Shown piece after piece: positions 1 to 11,522 of a stretch of 54,644 nucleotides of DNA (the stretch's first letter is position 1; every line of letters begins with the position of its first letter). The DNA is from Flectonema sp. DT1601 (lineage: Eukaryota), in contig OZ025802.1 in assembly GCA_964019425.1 (NCBI GenBank), forward strand, positions 1,178,001 through 1,232,644. Direction: 5' to 3'. The translations under genes and the position numbers were made by a program. Under the pieces are notes generated by a model. It worked only from the letters and a program-made list of their open reading frames with translations, was not told the origin of the DNA and did no database searches.

Positions 1-1
1 T

Positions 2-358
2 GTTAAAAGAGTAATATGGATTTATGATCTCAACAGGATATTATTACTACCTTCTGTGAATAAGAAATCCTCAATGAGAATAATTCTCGATCTGAATAAG
101 GAAAGAGATTACGTGTTTGATACTCCTACATCAGATCCTAGTGAAGCATACAACTTCCTTAATATAGTAAATACACTTTGGAAACAACGAACTGAATCAG
201 ACAAAGATCTAAAACTTGTTGACCTTCGAAAAGAAATAAATATAAAATACAAACGAGATAAGAATCCAAAACCAAAGTATAATATTGGAACATCTATCGC
301 TAGAATGAGGTGGCCAAAACAAGGTTCCCTTGATGAGTTATTAGGCAAGGCTTCGTGA
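2..358 (+). CDS. 3' end of a hypothetical protein, truncated by the window edge
   Basis: Frame is open from position 2 (VKRVIWIYDLNRILLLPSVNKK...) to TGA at 356-358; protein-like composition; same strand as all other genes. Confidence 0.65.
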   Translation, partial: VKRVIWIYDLNRILLLPSVNKKSSMRIILDLNKERDYVFDTPTSDPSEAYNFLNIVNTLWKQRTESDKDLKLVDLRKEINIKYKRDKNPKPKYNIGTSIARMRWPKQGSLDELLGKAS

Positions 359-1018
359 ACATCTTTATTAATAATAATAAATAATTAAAAAAAAGAATGG
401 GCTTTTATTCCTTAAGCTATACAGAAAATAAGTAATATGACGCTGTGATTTTTTTGTTTTGTTTTTGTGTCACGAAAACCGTGTAACCGACTTAAACTGA
501 AAAACTAAAGGAGGTTTACAATACTTGTTAAATGCAAAAAAAAAAAAAAAAAAAAAAAAAACACCCAATCCGTACCATATACATGTTCGGAATATAATTT
601 CTCTTATTTTGTTTTACTCTCTGACTTGTTAATAATGCCTCATCAATCTCTGAATGTTGAATCACTCAGATGGTGAATTTCACGATAAAAAATACATTTT
701 TGATGAGATTTTTCTTAAGTAAAGACAGTAGTTTTTAGAGACTTTTTTTTGTGTTTTTTTTTTTCGTTTGTTTCTTACATACCTCTCCTACCTCTCCTAT
801 TATATAACTGTTATTCTCAATTCTATTCTTGTAGAAAGGCAGTATTCTAAATATTAATTAATATTCACCCCACCCCTAGGTTTGGCCGAACCCTATTCTC
901 GTTTTAGCCAGTTTCAAGTTGCTCTCCATTTAGTATAAATATCAAGTTACACCCCTTGATTTATAATACGAAATAACGGGTTCAACGACGTCTTTTCAGT
1001 AAAAACAAAAATATATTT

Positions 1019-1054
<36 letters not shown>

Positions 1055-1057
<3 letters not shown>

Positions 1058-1148
1058 ATTAACAACTACAAATATTTTTTCTAGTCAAAGTACTTGATAT
1101 TACTTTTTGTTTTCAATACCCTAACAGTTGTTACTATTTTTTTACATC
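1055..1148. repeat. Dispersed repeat, copy A (copy B at 16675-16749)
   Basis: Shares colinear blocks ttgattaacaactacaaatat, agtacttgatatta, agttgttact and tttttacatc with 16675-16749. Confidence 0.85.
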
Positions 1149-2791
1149 CTTATTTATTTATTTATCCAAGTCCCCCTTCCTAGATGACAGTATCTAAAAA
1201 CTAATGTAAAATTATCCTTATGTTATTTTATGATACAATATATTTGTATTTTATTCTTTTTAACCTTGAATTCGGAGACATGCTCTCCCTAATAAAACTG
1301 TCACTGAATGAAAAAACTTACATAAGCTGGGATATAGAACATGTAGTTCTTTGAAGTTTACTTTTCTCATTTACATAAAGACATTTAAGAATCTATTATG
1401 CCTTACGTTTATTCTATTCCTAGTTACATATGGTAAACATTGAGGTAGCCCAAATCCCTTAATGTGAGAACCCTAACAGTCTCGTATAAGAACATGGAAG
1501 AACACGGTGGTGTTCCCCACTCTGGACTTCTATAAGAAAACTTCCTTAACTTCAGACCCGTTTAATGCCCCCAACATGTTGAACTTTTCAACTCTCCAAA
1601 GTCTATCTCTAACTTAATTCGGACATTGTTATCTCAATTTATTTCAAGTGAATGCTCCGCTAGTAGCGTGCTACGAACTGTCAATTATTACTAACAATTT
1701 TTTTTTATTTTTTTATTGTGAAGAATCTTGTTAAGAGATATGTTACATTTTATGTTTTTATATGAAGATTGTTTATTTCTATAAGTGAAACCTACACTCT
1801 GCCTTATTACATTAAATCCTGGTTTTGGTTCCCAGGGCTCACGATTAATAACTAGATTCTGTGCTGCACTGAATGACATATACGTCAGAAGGCTAAGCTA
1901 TGTTTTAATGTTATTAGTCACTGTGTCATTAGTTGACTTTATTATTTAACTTTGATACAATAGAGAGGTTTATATTCGCTAACATCTTCGTATAAACCTA
2001 ACCAAATAGTTTACCCTCCCCTTTGAACTTGGCAAATACCTTTCTTTTTTTTTTTCTCTTCCAGAAATGAGTATCAGAGTTTACGCTCTCTGTTTGTTTT
2101 GTTGGTTCGTACATATTGTTGTGGTTGTGTTTAGGTTTCTTATGCGACCACAGCGATCCAACCCGGTGTGTATTTTTTTCTTTCTTTTTTATTTGATATA
2201 ATTTTATGTTTTCCTGCAGAACTCCACCCCTTTCTTGGAAGGACTTTCTGTCAGGCTGTCCTAGCTCGTAGTTATTTATATTTGTCTCAATTCTTTTCAG
2301 CTGTTTTTTTTTTTTTTTTTTTTTTTCAATAGAACAAGACATCCTCTTTAAGTGATCTTAGGGGGTGCATATTAGAAACAAGATGCTCACCTCAAGAACC
2401 CAGAGACCACTTTCTGTGACAAATTCTGATGAAAGAAATGCAACTCATTGAAGTGAAAAATATTGAAGCTTCATTGCTCATCAGGGGACTTATTATATAG
2501 GGAAGAGTGTTGTTCTTGTTTTGTTTTGAACTTTGTCAAGTATTTTATGGGCTGATTTAGTAGGGGCCCAATGTAAAAAACAGTTTTTATTGTAGTGATT
2601 CTTTTTACTCCTCCTCTCCTTGTTGGTTTTACAGACAGCTGGTGTCCAACACACAAACGAAGTGATTTGACGTTCTTAAATAGCATCTGCAACAATGAAT
2701 TCGTTTTATTCTTTAGATGTAATCATTTCATTAGTTTTATTTATGATTTTTAATTTATTACTTTTTCCCCAAATTCCCATCAGATTACGAA

Positions 2792-3397
2792 ATGGAATAC
2801 CGAATTTCAGAAGACTCTAACTCTTACACCTACGAGGAGTTTATTGAATATTTCGGTGAATATGATGGAATAGCCAAGTGGAACGAAAGAGGGGAATGTC
2901 GACCAAATCCTGATGACGGAGAATGTTTTAGTTACGAAGAATTCATTGAGTTCTATGGTCCATCTAAAGGTACTGTTTTATGGCAGGAAGCAGGTGAGAA
3001 ACGATTCAACAAAACAAACGAAACGGAATTAACTTACGAAGAATTCATTTTTTTATACGGAGCAGCAGATGGCGCAGCTCGTTGGTACCAATCTGGCCCT
3101 CTTCAACTAGACTCAGAAACTGATGAATATTTCACTTATGAGAGCTTTATAGAGAGATATGGAGCTGGTGAATCCGGTTCATGGTCAAATCCAGAAGAGA
3201 TTAAAAGTAACCGTAAGAGATTAAAAACGAATCAGCCTTACACTTCTCAATGCATACTATCGGTACCGCACAAGATAAAAACCCCAACTCGAAATACCGA
3301 AATTTCGATTAAACGAAAACGAGACTTCTTGGGATCTGATCGGATCTTAAAGAGGAATTACTTGTGGAGATTTGAAATGGTATGTCCTGTTATTTAG
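2792..3397 (+). CDS. Hypothetical 201-aa protein with four ~34-aa repeats (T/S-Y-E-E-F-I-x-x-Y-G...W)
   Basis: Repeats YTYEEFIEYFG..W, FSYEEFIEFYG..W, LTYEEFIFLYG..W, FTYESFIERYG..W; pyrimidine-rich tract with CAG ending at 2783 before the ATG. Confidence 0.85.
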   Translation: MEYRISEDSNSYTYEEFIEYFGEYDGIAKWNERGECRPNPDDGECFSYEEFIEFYGPSKGTVLWQEAGEKRFNKTNETELTYEEFIFLYGAADGAARWYQSGPLQLDSETDEYFTYESFIERYGAGESGSWSNPEEIKSNRKRLKTNQPYTSQCILSVPHKIKTPTRNTEISIKRKRDFLGSDRILKRNYLWRFEMVCPVI

Positions 3398-3606
3398 TAT
3401 GCCTGTGAATTTACCTCTCAGGGTCAGGTAATCTCTGTTTCTGTTTATGTGTCTTGCCCTAGCCAAGCATTCGTTGCTTGGACAATATAATCTTATTAAC
3501 GTTTGTAGACGTTGGCCTTCTGGCACTTTATAAAACGAAGACACGAGAATCTTTATTTATAGTTTATACTTTAATAGGTTTTCCTTAAATTTAAAAAAAA
3601 AAAAAA

Positions 3607-5631
3607 ATGATTAAGTTCTTACTTACTCTCTCTCTATTTGCATTGGGTCAGTGTCTGGACGTGGAGATACTTTTCAAAGTGACGACGACTCTCGAACAAG
3701 TAATGATCAACACGAAAAGTACTGAAAGAAAAATGGCTAAAATATCTGACGCAGCATTAGAAAGTACTGGAACTCGATGCTTCACTGTATGTCAGTCGGG
3801 AACCACTACTTGTTACAGTTGTGGAACTGATGGTTTGAATGAACAGATTTCGAAAGAATTTATCATTAGGCAGATAGGAAGCACCGACTTCCCCGCATCA
3901 GAATTCGCAGCCATCGCTACCAAGACAGAAACACAACTAACTGCTGTGTACGGAGAAGGAAATGTCCAGCCAACGAGAGTGAACATCGCTCCTTCTGCTG
4001 AAAGAACAGCAACTCTCATCACTGTCGACTCAACAGTTACTGAAATACGAGAAAAACTAAATGAGATTAACGCAATCACTGAGAACAGTCTTGGTATCGT
4101 ATCAACATGTAGTACGATCTGCAATACGGGGAATATACAAACTGGTAAGTGCTACAGTTGTCACAACACTGCGATAGCAGCACCTCAAGAAAAAGGAGTG
4201 TACACTATGACTATGTTTGGTAGAACATTATACAAAGAGACTGACCTTCAGAGGATCCAGCAGGAGATGTACACTCCTTTGAGAAGTGTCTTCGGTACTG
4301 ATGATGTCACTGACGTAAGAATAACTCTTAACCCTTCAACTACTAATAGTTTAGTTGTACACGTTACAGTTGATGGATCGTTAGCCTTAATAAAAACACT
4401 GATGTCAGATATTGAGCTTTCTACGAATAACGCTTTGAATTCAGCAAATTCAAAGTGCAGCGCCATTTGCGAAGTTCCAATCGGTGGATGTTATAGTTGT
4501 GATACTACTTTAAATAATAATGGTTTACAAAAGATGACAATCGTGTTAACGACATCTTCAAGTCAAGAGAAGAGTAAGCATTCAACAATTGAGGTAGAAC
4601 TGTCAACTAAACTGAGGGCAAAATTCACAAAAATTCATTCAGTAGCTCTGAGTGAAGCAACAAAGACGACTCAGTTATCTTTGAGGATTATAATTAACAG
4701 TTCTTTAAAGGAGTTGAATGAAAAGTCAAGCGATGTGATTGCTTTAGCTAATCAACATCTCGGTAATACAAACACCAGATGCAGTTTAATATGTGATTTC
4801 ACAGCATCGAATAGAGCTGCTTGCTTTCCTTGTAGCACCTCATCTGCATTAACAACAACAAGAAGATATGTTTATATTATGACAGCGGAAACAGATCATG
4901 ATCCTTCACAATTAGGTGGAGTTGGGAATGGATTGATAACGGCACTCATTGCACCATTTGGAGAAGGAAATCTCGTTCGCGCTGATCTCTTAGCCGTTCC
5001 ACCTCGTACGCCTACGACACTAGCACCAGAACTACCATTCACAGTAAGGTATATAATAACAATGGAGTTGGATAAACTAATTCAAAGTACTGATCAGATA
5101 ATTCAAACAACTCAACAACAACTAAATGGTACCACCGGAAGCTGTAGTTCAGTCTGTGAAGTAGTACGTGACGGAGTATACGGAGATTGTTTTCCTTGTG
5201 GAAGAATTGGAAGAACAGTACAACAAAGAGCATCTGTATTAGCGGCTAAAAAGTGGGAGCTATCGATGTTTGTTACAGCTGATCGAAACAAGCAGATCTC
5301 AGCAAAAGATCATTACAACTCAGTTAACGGATTGATTAGTAGTCTGGGAGGGGAGTTACTGGTTGTTGACTTTAGCGGGGCATTATTATTAAGGACATTA
5401 TTGTTAATTGATGCGAGGGATTCTGTTTTTCCTGTTCCTACTCCAACACCCACAACACTAGAGACTGAAGTATCTGATGATTCCCTTTCCGGGGGTGCCA
5501 TTGCCGGTATCGTTATTGGTAGTTTGGTGGGTGTTGTGTTGATCATTGTAATCATTTATTGTTTTGCTTGTAAGAAAGAAGACAATGTTGAACAAGAAAT
5601 GGCTGTCGTTAAGGGTCCTGACACTCTGTAA
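3607..5631 (+). CDS. Type I membrane/surface protein, 674 aa: signal peptide, five ~110-aa repeats each with a 4-Cys motif, P/T-rich stalk, single TM, short tail
   Basis: N-terminal MIKFLLTLSLFALGQC; CFTVC..CYSC, CSTIC..CYSC, CSAIC..CYSC, CSLIC..CFPC, CSSVC..CFPC; PTPTPTT stalk; LSGGAIAGIVIGSLVGVVLIIVIIYCFAC TM followed by KK. Confidence 0.92.
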   Translation: MIKFLLTLSLFALGQCLDVEILFKVTTTLEQVMINTKSTERKMAKISDAALESTGTRCFTVCQSGTTTCYSCGTDGLNEQISKEFIIRQIGSTDFPASEFAAIATKTETQLTAVYGEGNVQPTRVNIAPSAERTATLITVDSTVTEIREKLNEINAITENSLGIVSTCSTICNTGNIQTGKCYSCHNTAIAAPQEKGVYTMTMFGRTLYKETDLQRIQQEMYTPLRSVFGTDDVTDVRITLNPSTTNSLVVHVTVDGSLALIKTLMSDIELSTNNALNSANSKCSAICEVPIGGCYSCDTTLNNNGLQKMTIVLTTSSSQEKSKHSTIEVELSTKLRAKFTKIHSVALSEATKTTQLSLRIIINSSLKELNEKSSDVIALANQHLGNTNTRCSLICDFTASNRAACFPCSTSSALTTTRRYVYIMTAETDHDPSQLGGVGNGLITALIAPFGEGNLVRADLLAVPPRTPTTLAPELPFTVRYIITMELDKLIQSTDQIIQTTQQQLNGTTGSCSSVCEVVRDGVYGDCFPCGRIGRTVQQRASVLAAKKWELSMFVTADRNKQISAKDHYNSVNGLISSLGGELLVVDFSGALLLRTLLLIDARDSVFPVPTPTPTTLETEVSDDSLSGGAIAGIVIGSLVGVVLIIVIIYCFACKKEDNVEQEMAVVKGPDTL

Positions 5632-7451
5632 TGTTGAAAAAAAAAAAAAAGGCTGCCTGACTTTCTATACCGTTTTTTTTAATAATTTAAATTATTTTAT
5701 TTGACTTTTTTTCTTTTTCTCTCTCATCTTGCTTAGCTTCTTAACACTCAAGGCGGACTAGAATGCAACAGGGTTTAACACGGCCCTAGAGTTGCGATTC
5801 TTAACTGCCGCAGTCAATCTATTGAGGTATTGGAAGAGCAGTAATTTGCATTGTAATTAACTTGACCTTGTAGACAACGACTTTAAAAAAAAAAAAAATA
5901 TTAAAAAAAAAAATCTTTGCATCTCAGATATGCAATTATTTTTTTCTCTTTCTCTTTTTTTTTTTTTTTTTTTGATAGTCGTTGTCACCTTTTCCCTTCA
6001 ATAAGAAGTCGAAAATATTTTTTTTTTAATTGTTTTTGACAACAAAAAAATCACATCAATGATTTTCTTCTCATTCACTGTTTACTCTAATCCCAAATAT
6101 TCTTAGCAGCTTCTGGAGTACTCTTCTTTTTGTGCTTCGTTTTGAAACTGTTGGCAATATTATCTTGTTCTTGTTCTTATCAAGTCTTACTGTTGTTATT
6201 GTGATAGGTTTTCTTTCTTTCATAAAATCTTTATGATGCAAAAAAAAGAAAAAAAACAACGAAACAAGTCTGACCCTTGTGTGGGACGAGAAAGAAAACC
6301 TATTTCTTAACTGTAAGGGACTTGTGTAAAGAAACATCTTGCTTGTTTTTTTTGACTTTTTTTTTTTTTTTGTTAACCCGCACTCGTGATGTATCCAAGG
6401 TGAGAGAGGTTGTTATTTCTATTCAGTCAGAATGTCTTAACCCTCTCTGAGAGATGCAATACGCAGTGAAATGAATTTATGGTTCCCTCAATACGTTCTC
6501 ATTTCTCATTTCTCTTGTTTAAGAGAATCTGGTGCTTTCTTAGTGATCGTCGAACAATTCACCCTACAGGGGGGTCGACAATGAGAATTTGTTTGCAGAA
6601 GGTCAGTTAGTTGTCTTATACGTGATATAAAAATCAACAAATATTAAATAACATTATCTTAACATAAAAATATGACTTACAAAGGTGCTTCTTTTAATCC
6701 TTTTAAAAATATTCACTAAATATGCCATTCTTCTTATTGAGAACATCTCTTCAAAGTCTGACAAGGGGGCAGGTAAGACCCTTTTCTATTTGCGATGGGT
6801 CAGTCTGTATTTCTCACGGGCTGGTATAATTATACGTGTTGTGGTCACAGTCAGGGTTTCTTTCATATGGCGATATTAAGCACACGTGATTACTCTATGA
6901 AGGTATGTTTTCACATAATGCAATAGGTTTTGTTTTATTTTCTCCCATCTTAAAGATTCTTTCCTCAAATTCTTGTTTTTTGCCCAAGGCCAACAGCTGG
7001 GAGTCAATCTTCCAGCAGAAGCCATAAAAACACAAACCCCGATTGGAATCTACCGTTGCGGGTTACCGCAATCATCAGTTCACTCTACTAGCTTACTAGC
7101 TCACTAGTCTAATTATTGTCCCATTTCCCCCTTCGTCACTTCAACTGAATGTAAAAAAACGATAATAAACTTTAAAATACTCGAAGAAGAAGTAATAAAA
7201 GTATGACAAAAAGATTTTAGCCTTTCAAAAAAAAGAAAAATGAAAAGATAATAATACTTTAAATATTAAAAGCTATATCTATGTGTATGACGTGACGTGT
7301 TTTAGAAATTTCTTAGTCAATGAAAAACCCAGCAATTTCACAATAGTTTTCTTACATCAAAAGGTGATAACAAAATATGTTTTTCCGGGTAAACGTTTAA
7401 GTATTGTAAAGGATTAGCTTAATTAAAACAAACAGATCCCCTCCCAATAAA

Positions 7452-7868
7452 ATGCAACAGGCAGCACCATCAATGTATGGAAACAACCAAGTAATGTTTC
7501 CTATGGGTGGAGGAGTTATGATGAATATGGTACCACAGGCACAAAACATCCCAAACGCCATGAGAGGTGTTCCACAGGCGATGGGTGGTAAGGGAGGTGC
7601 TGCTCCAGGTGCAATTGGAGGACCATCAAACAACCATGGACCACACGGAGGAATGCAACGCCCACCAAGACAGCCACAACTTACAACAAAGGCTGGAGAC
7701 AGAAAGCTTTGCTACTTTTTTAATTCTCCAAACGGCTGTAAAAATGGAACTGGATGTGTGTACCTTCACGAACAGGGAGCATCACCACCAAAGCCATCTG
7801 ATATTGTTTGCAAGTACCTCCCAAACTGCAAGTTTGGTGCTAAGTGCAGATTCAGCCACACAGCATAA
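7452..7868 (+). CDS. Small protein with two CCCH zinc fingers and an M/Q/G/P-rich low-complexity N-terminus (probable RNA-binding protein)
   Basis: CYFFNSPNGCKNGTGCVYLH and CKYLPNCKFGAKCRFSH. The true 5' end is uncertain. Confidence 0.88.
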   Translation: MQQAAPSMYGNNQVMFPMGGGVMMNMVPQAQNIPNAMRGVPQAMGGKGGAAPGAIGGPSNNHGPHGGMQRPPRQPQLTTKAGDRKLCYFFNSPNGCKNGTGCVYLHEQGASPPKPSDIVCKYLPNCKFGAKCRFSHTA

Positions 7869-9611
7869 AAAAAAAAAAAAAAAAAGATTAATTATTCACT
7901 CACGTTCCCTTCGCCGTGTCTATTCTATGCTACCACTGTTTTCCACACGACAACATCAAATTAATGAAATTATCGAATGGTAGAATCAAAAATTTGTATG
8001 TCTATGAGTCTGTTCATTGCGGCAGTCCAAAATATCCGATCTGTACAAAAACTACGTCGATAGAAGTTCCCACAAGTGGGATGAGTTCTGGTTGTTCGGT
8101 AAGGTCAGAAGTTAGTGTTATTCTGATTATTTTTTTTTTTAAAAAAAAAAAGAAAAGTGGAAAACAACGGAGTGGAAAAAATGGCGCAGACCCGTTCAAA
8201 GAGGGAAAAAAAAAAAAAAAGAAAAAGAGAAAAAATAGGAATGAAAAAAAAACTGTTCAAGACCCGGGTTTCACTTTATAGGTGTACCCATGCACTTGTT
8301 AAGTCTTTTGCTTGTCTCTTGTTTTCTATTATTTTGTTGGGTTGTGGGTTTTTTTGCAGCTTTTCGGGGGAAGAGTGCTAGTTAGTGTTTTCTCCCAAAG
8401 TAGCTTTCCTCCCTCACCCTTCAGGCCGCTTTATTATTTTTACGCGCTGCGCCATGCGGCTACATGTTTTTTTTCTTCTTTCTTATTTCCATTTTCGATA
8501 TTTTTTTGAAACAACAACAAAAAAAAAGAAAAAGAAGAGAAGGAAAGGACAAAACAATGACACAACGTTGCTTTTTGAATCCTTCAACGTCAGCTATCTT
8601 CACTTAGACAAGCAGAAATTGTCTACGTTAAGCGTGTTCAGATAAGAAAGACCTGGACTGCCGTGATAGCTACGGTGCAGAACGTAGCGGGGAAAAAAAA
8701 AGTGATGGTTTGCACGCGTAATTGCGCATGTTTTTTTTTTCTTTTTTTTCTTTTTTTTTGTTTCCCCTTTTTTCTGCCACTGTTTGAATATTTCCCCCAA
8801 TTTTTTTATTACTGATTTTTCCTCCCTTGTCGTCTTAAATGAAACAAAAAAAAAAAAACAAAAAAAAAAAAAAAAATGTGAACGGAAAGAATACGGGAAA
8901 AATAGTATCTTACAAGTCCTGCAATATCAAGTAGGACAAAAAAAAAAAAAAAAAAAGCCACTTGCAGTACAGCGCGTCTCCCCACTGAATTGACCCGACA
9001 TTGAGGTCTCGTGATGATGAAAAACAAAAAAAACAAAAAAAACAAAAAAAACTTTAAATAAAAAGAACCACTTAATCAACAGTATTGCAACAAAAAAAAA
9101 AAAAAAAAAAGACTAAAATCAAGTTATCAATAACAGTACTACACATGATCCTTGACCAGCCTCTGGCGTCCAATTTTCTGAGTTTTTTTTTCTTTCTACT
9201 CCCCCTTTCTTTTTTTTTCCCCTTTCTTTTTTCTGTTGCGTGTCATGACTTCTTAGTGTTGTACGCAAGCAGAAATTCAACCCCTTTTGGACGAAATTAT
9301 TGCAGACACGAAAAGTGCCTATTTAAAAAAAAAAAAAAAAAAATTTAAAAAAATTAAAAAAAAACGAGTTTGACGGGAGGCGTGGAAAGCGGGAAAAGTG
9401 AAAGCACCCCACTATCACAAAAAACAAAAAAAAAAATTTAAAAACTTGTTTTTTTTTCAAAAAAAAAAAAAAAAAAAAAAAATCGTTTATCCAAAGCAAA
9501 AGTGTCATTCTATTTCCACAAAACAGGAGAGTGCAGAAGAGGTAATGTTTTGAGAAGATCGAGAAAGGTAATAATTTTATTTCAAATAGTAATGACAACA
9601 CACTAATCATA

Positions 9612-10145
9612 ATGGATGCATCCCCTCACAGGCTGACGTCTGCTGAGATGATGTTAAACAGCATAAGTCAGCTTCAGCAAGACAAATTCGATCTCACTCG
9701 AACCATAGAAGAAGAAGAGTCATATCATGAAGAAAAAGTAAGAGAACTAAAGAAAAGAATATCAGAACTTGAAGCAGATGAAGAAACAATACTACAGAAA
9801 CACAAGAGAACGTTGATGAATCAGATTAGTAGCAGTCCGTTGTTAAAGAATACGACAATTGTTGGAAACAAACAAAATCAACTTCAAGGACTTGTCAACC
9901 AACTGAATGGTTCTACTCAACCAATTCATCAACCGCAGCTCATCCCACAATACTCGTCAACTATAACATCACCACAAATAGGTCAGGAAGTACGTGTCAG
10001 GGATACCCACACAGAGCCATGGAAGTATGGTGTCCTTGAGGGTGTTGACCAATCTGGCCGACCACTGGTCAGACTCAAAGGATGGGAAAAAGTACTTTCT
10101 TGGAATGAAATAGAAGTAAGGCCAATGTCTGCTGCATTCACATAG
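9612..10145 (+). CDS. Hypothetical protein: N-terminal coiled coil and C-terminal Tudor/SH3-like beta-barrel
   Basis: EEKVRELKKRISELEADEE coil; IGQEVRVRD...W..G.L.....P.V...GW....W.EIE pattern typical of small beta-barrel domains. Confidence 0.8.
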   Translation: MDASPHRLTSAEMMLNSISQLQQDKFDLTRTIEEEESYHEEKVRELKKRISELEADEETILQKHKRTLMNQISSSPLLKNTTIVGNKQNQLQGLVNQLNGSTQPIHQPQLIPQYSSTITSPQIGQEVRVRDTHTEPWKYGVLEGVDQSGRPLVRLKGWEKVLSWNEIEVRPMSAAFT

Positions 10146-10373
10146 TTGTTGATTGCAGTGAGAAAAACTGATATCTTACAACACAATGAACACAACAATG
10201 ACATGTTCAGATGTTCTTTCTCATTGGAATGATAAAATTCCTTACAATAGAAAACAATCAACATTGTAACTAAAATGGTTGCCCTCTCTCTTGTATTAGT
10301 TTTGTAAAAACTTACGATCTGATGACGTATTGAGTTTATAATAATTTCAATACAGGAGTTTTTTCATCGTAAA

Positions 10374-11381
10374 ATGACACACAGCAATGGTGGTGTCATC
10401 AGTGACTCCCTTATTGCTGCGGGTGTGCTTCACGATGTCGTCGAGGGTGGTATTGAAGAATTGATATCTGCTCTTCACGACCTACTAATCTTACACAGTA
10501 AGGGAATGGTCGGAAACCATTCTGCTGGGGAGATGCTACTACGGAAACAGACTGAGAACACGAGAGCATCAAAAATAAGAAAACGAAGATACATATTCAG
10601 CAAACTATCAACACTCGGATACCCCGGTAGAATACTTCCTTCACTAATGATGTTCAAGTCATCATCCAACAAGACTGATTTATCTTTATGTCGCATTGAT
10701 ATTAGTATCGCAATTGGTTGGGTATTACTACTGTGCAAAAACAATGAAAACCGCAACCACACAGAAGAGGAAACACATCCTTCTACAGTCGAAGACATTG
10801 CTATAGAATATCGAAGACTACTTCGATTAACATCAATGTATAAAGAAGGATTGAAGTTGCTTGAGAGTAAAAGGGATTCTCTCCCTCCAAGAGTCTCAGC
10901 AAACAGACCAAATTGTTTATTAATAACAATTGGTGATCTCATTGCTGAGAGACAATTGTTGTGGAAAACTTCTTATCCACAAATACGACAACAAATTAAT
11001 CATCAAACTGACTCACTTCCTGCTGAGCAGGCACTAGCTGCACTCCGACCAGCGTTGGTGACGCTTGAAAAACCAGAGTTGATTCACTCGATAAGAAGTT
11101 GTTGGAAGACATTTAGAACTTCTCACAGCTCTCGTTTTCAAAGTATGCGTCCGCTTCTTCCTCCAGTGAAAAAAAAAATAAATGAAAGACTTGAGTCTCG
11201 ATCATGGTTTTATTTATTTTTACAAAGTTCTGATCCAAAACCTGTGAAATGTCCTCCAGCTGACCCAACACAGTCAATTGATAGAGAAGTACCTGACTGT
11301 GATCATGTCTTGGAAAACTCATCTGCGATTATCAAAGATGCACTTAATGATGTCCCTATTCAATATCAATTTCATGGATGA
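10374..11381 (+). CDS. Hypothetical 335-aa protein, possibly TEDC1-like (tubulin epsilon/delta complex 1)
   Basis: Long ORF after a TACAG acceptor (10355). LSTLGYP...ISIAIGWVLL resembles the GYP...LLALxWLL pattern I recall for TEDC1. The CDS is well supported; the family call is tentative. Confidence 0.6.
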   Translation: MTHSNGGVISDSLIAAGVLHDVVEGGIEELISALHDLLILHSKGMVGNHSAGEMLLRKQTENTRASKIRKRRYIFSKLSTLGYPGRILPSLMMFKSSSNKTDLSLCRIDISIAIGWVLLLCKNNENRNHTEEETHPSTVEDIAIEYRRLLRLTSMYKEGLKLLESKRDSLPPRVSANRPNCLLITIGDLIAERQLLWKTSYPQIRQQINHQTDSLPAEQALAALRPALVTLEKPELIHSIRSCWKTFRTSHSSRFQSMRPLLPPVKKKINERLESRSWFYLFLQSSDPKPVKCPPADPTQSIDREVPDCDHVLENSSAIIKDALNDVPIQYQFHG

Positions 11382-11522
11382 CGTTTATGTTACTCTTTTT
11401 TAGATAATTCTATCCCGTTTATAAGTGTGTCATCACTTAATAGTAGTATTCCTTTTTTTTTATTAAGTTTTTTTAATACTAAAATTATTATCTCTTTATC
11501 AGACTATTCTTATGAATCGACA

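Noticed and set aside
7281..7435. Cis-type acceptor (aaaacaaacag, 7435) upstream of the CCCH ATG, suggesting an extra coding exon
   Set aside because: No tested donor (7201, 7285, 7364, 7389) gives an ATG-initiated in-frame exon; at most a 5' UTR intron.
7916..9610. Many 60-120 aa ORFs with poly-Lys/poly-Phe (also 15.2-17.4 kb and 40.9-46.7 kb)
   Set aside because: They are translations of A/T homopolymer runs, often with non-ATG starts.
10475..10942. Minus-strand ORFs of 100-155 aa (also 3813-4124 and 38420-38803)
   Set aside because: Antisense shadows of well-supported + strand genes, with no recognisable motifs.
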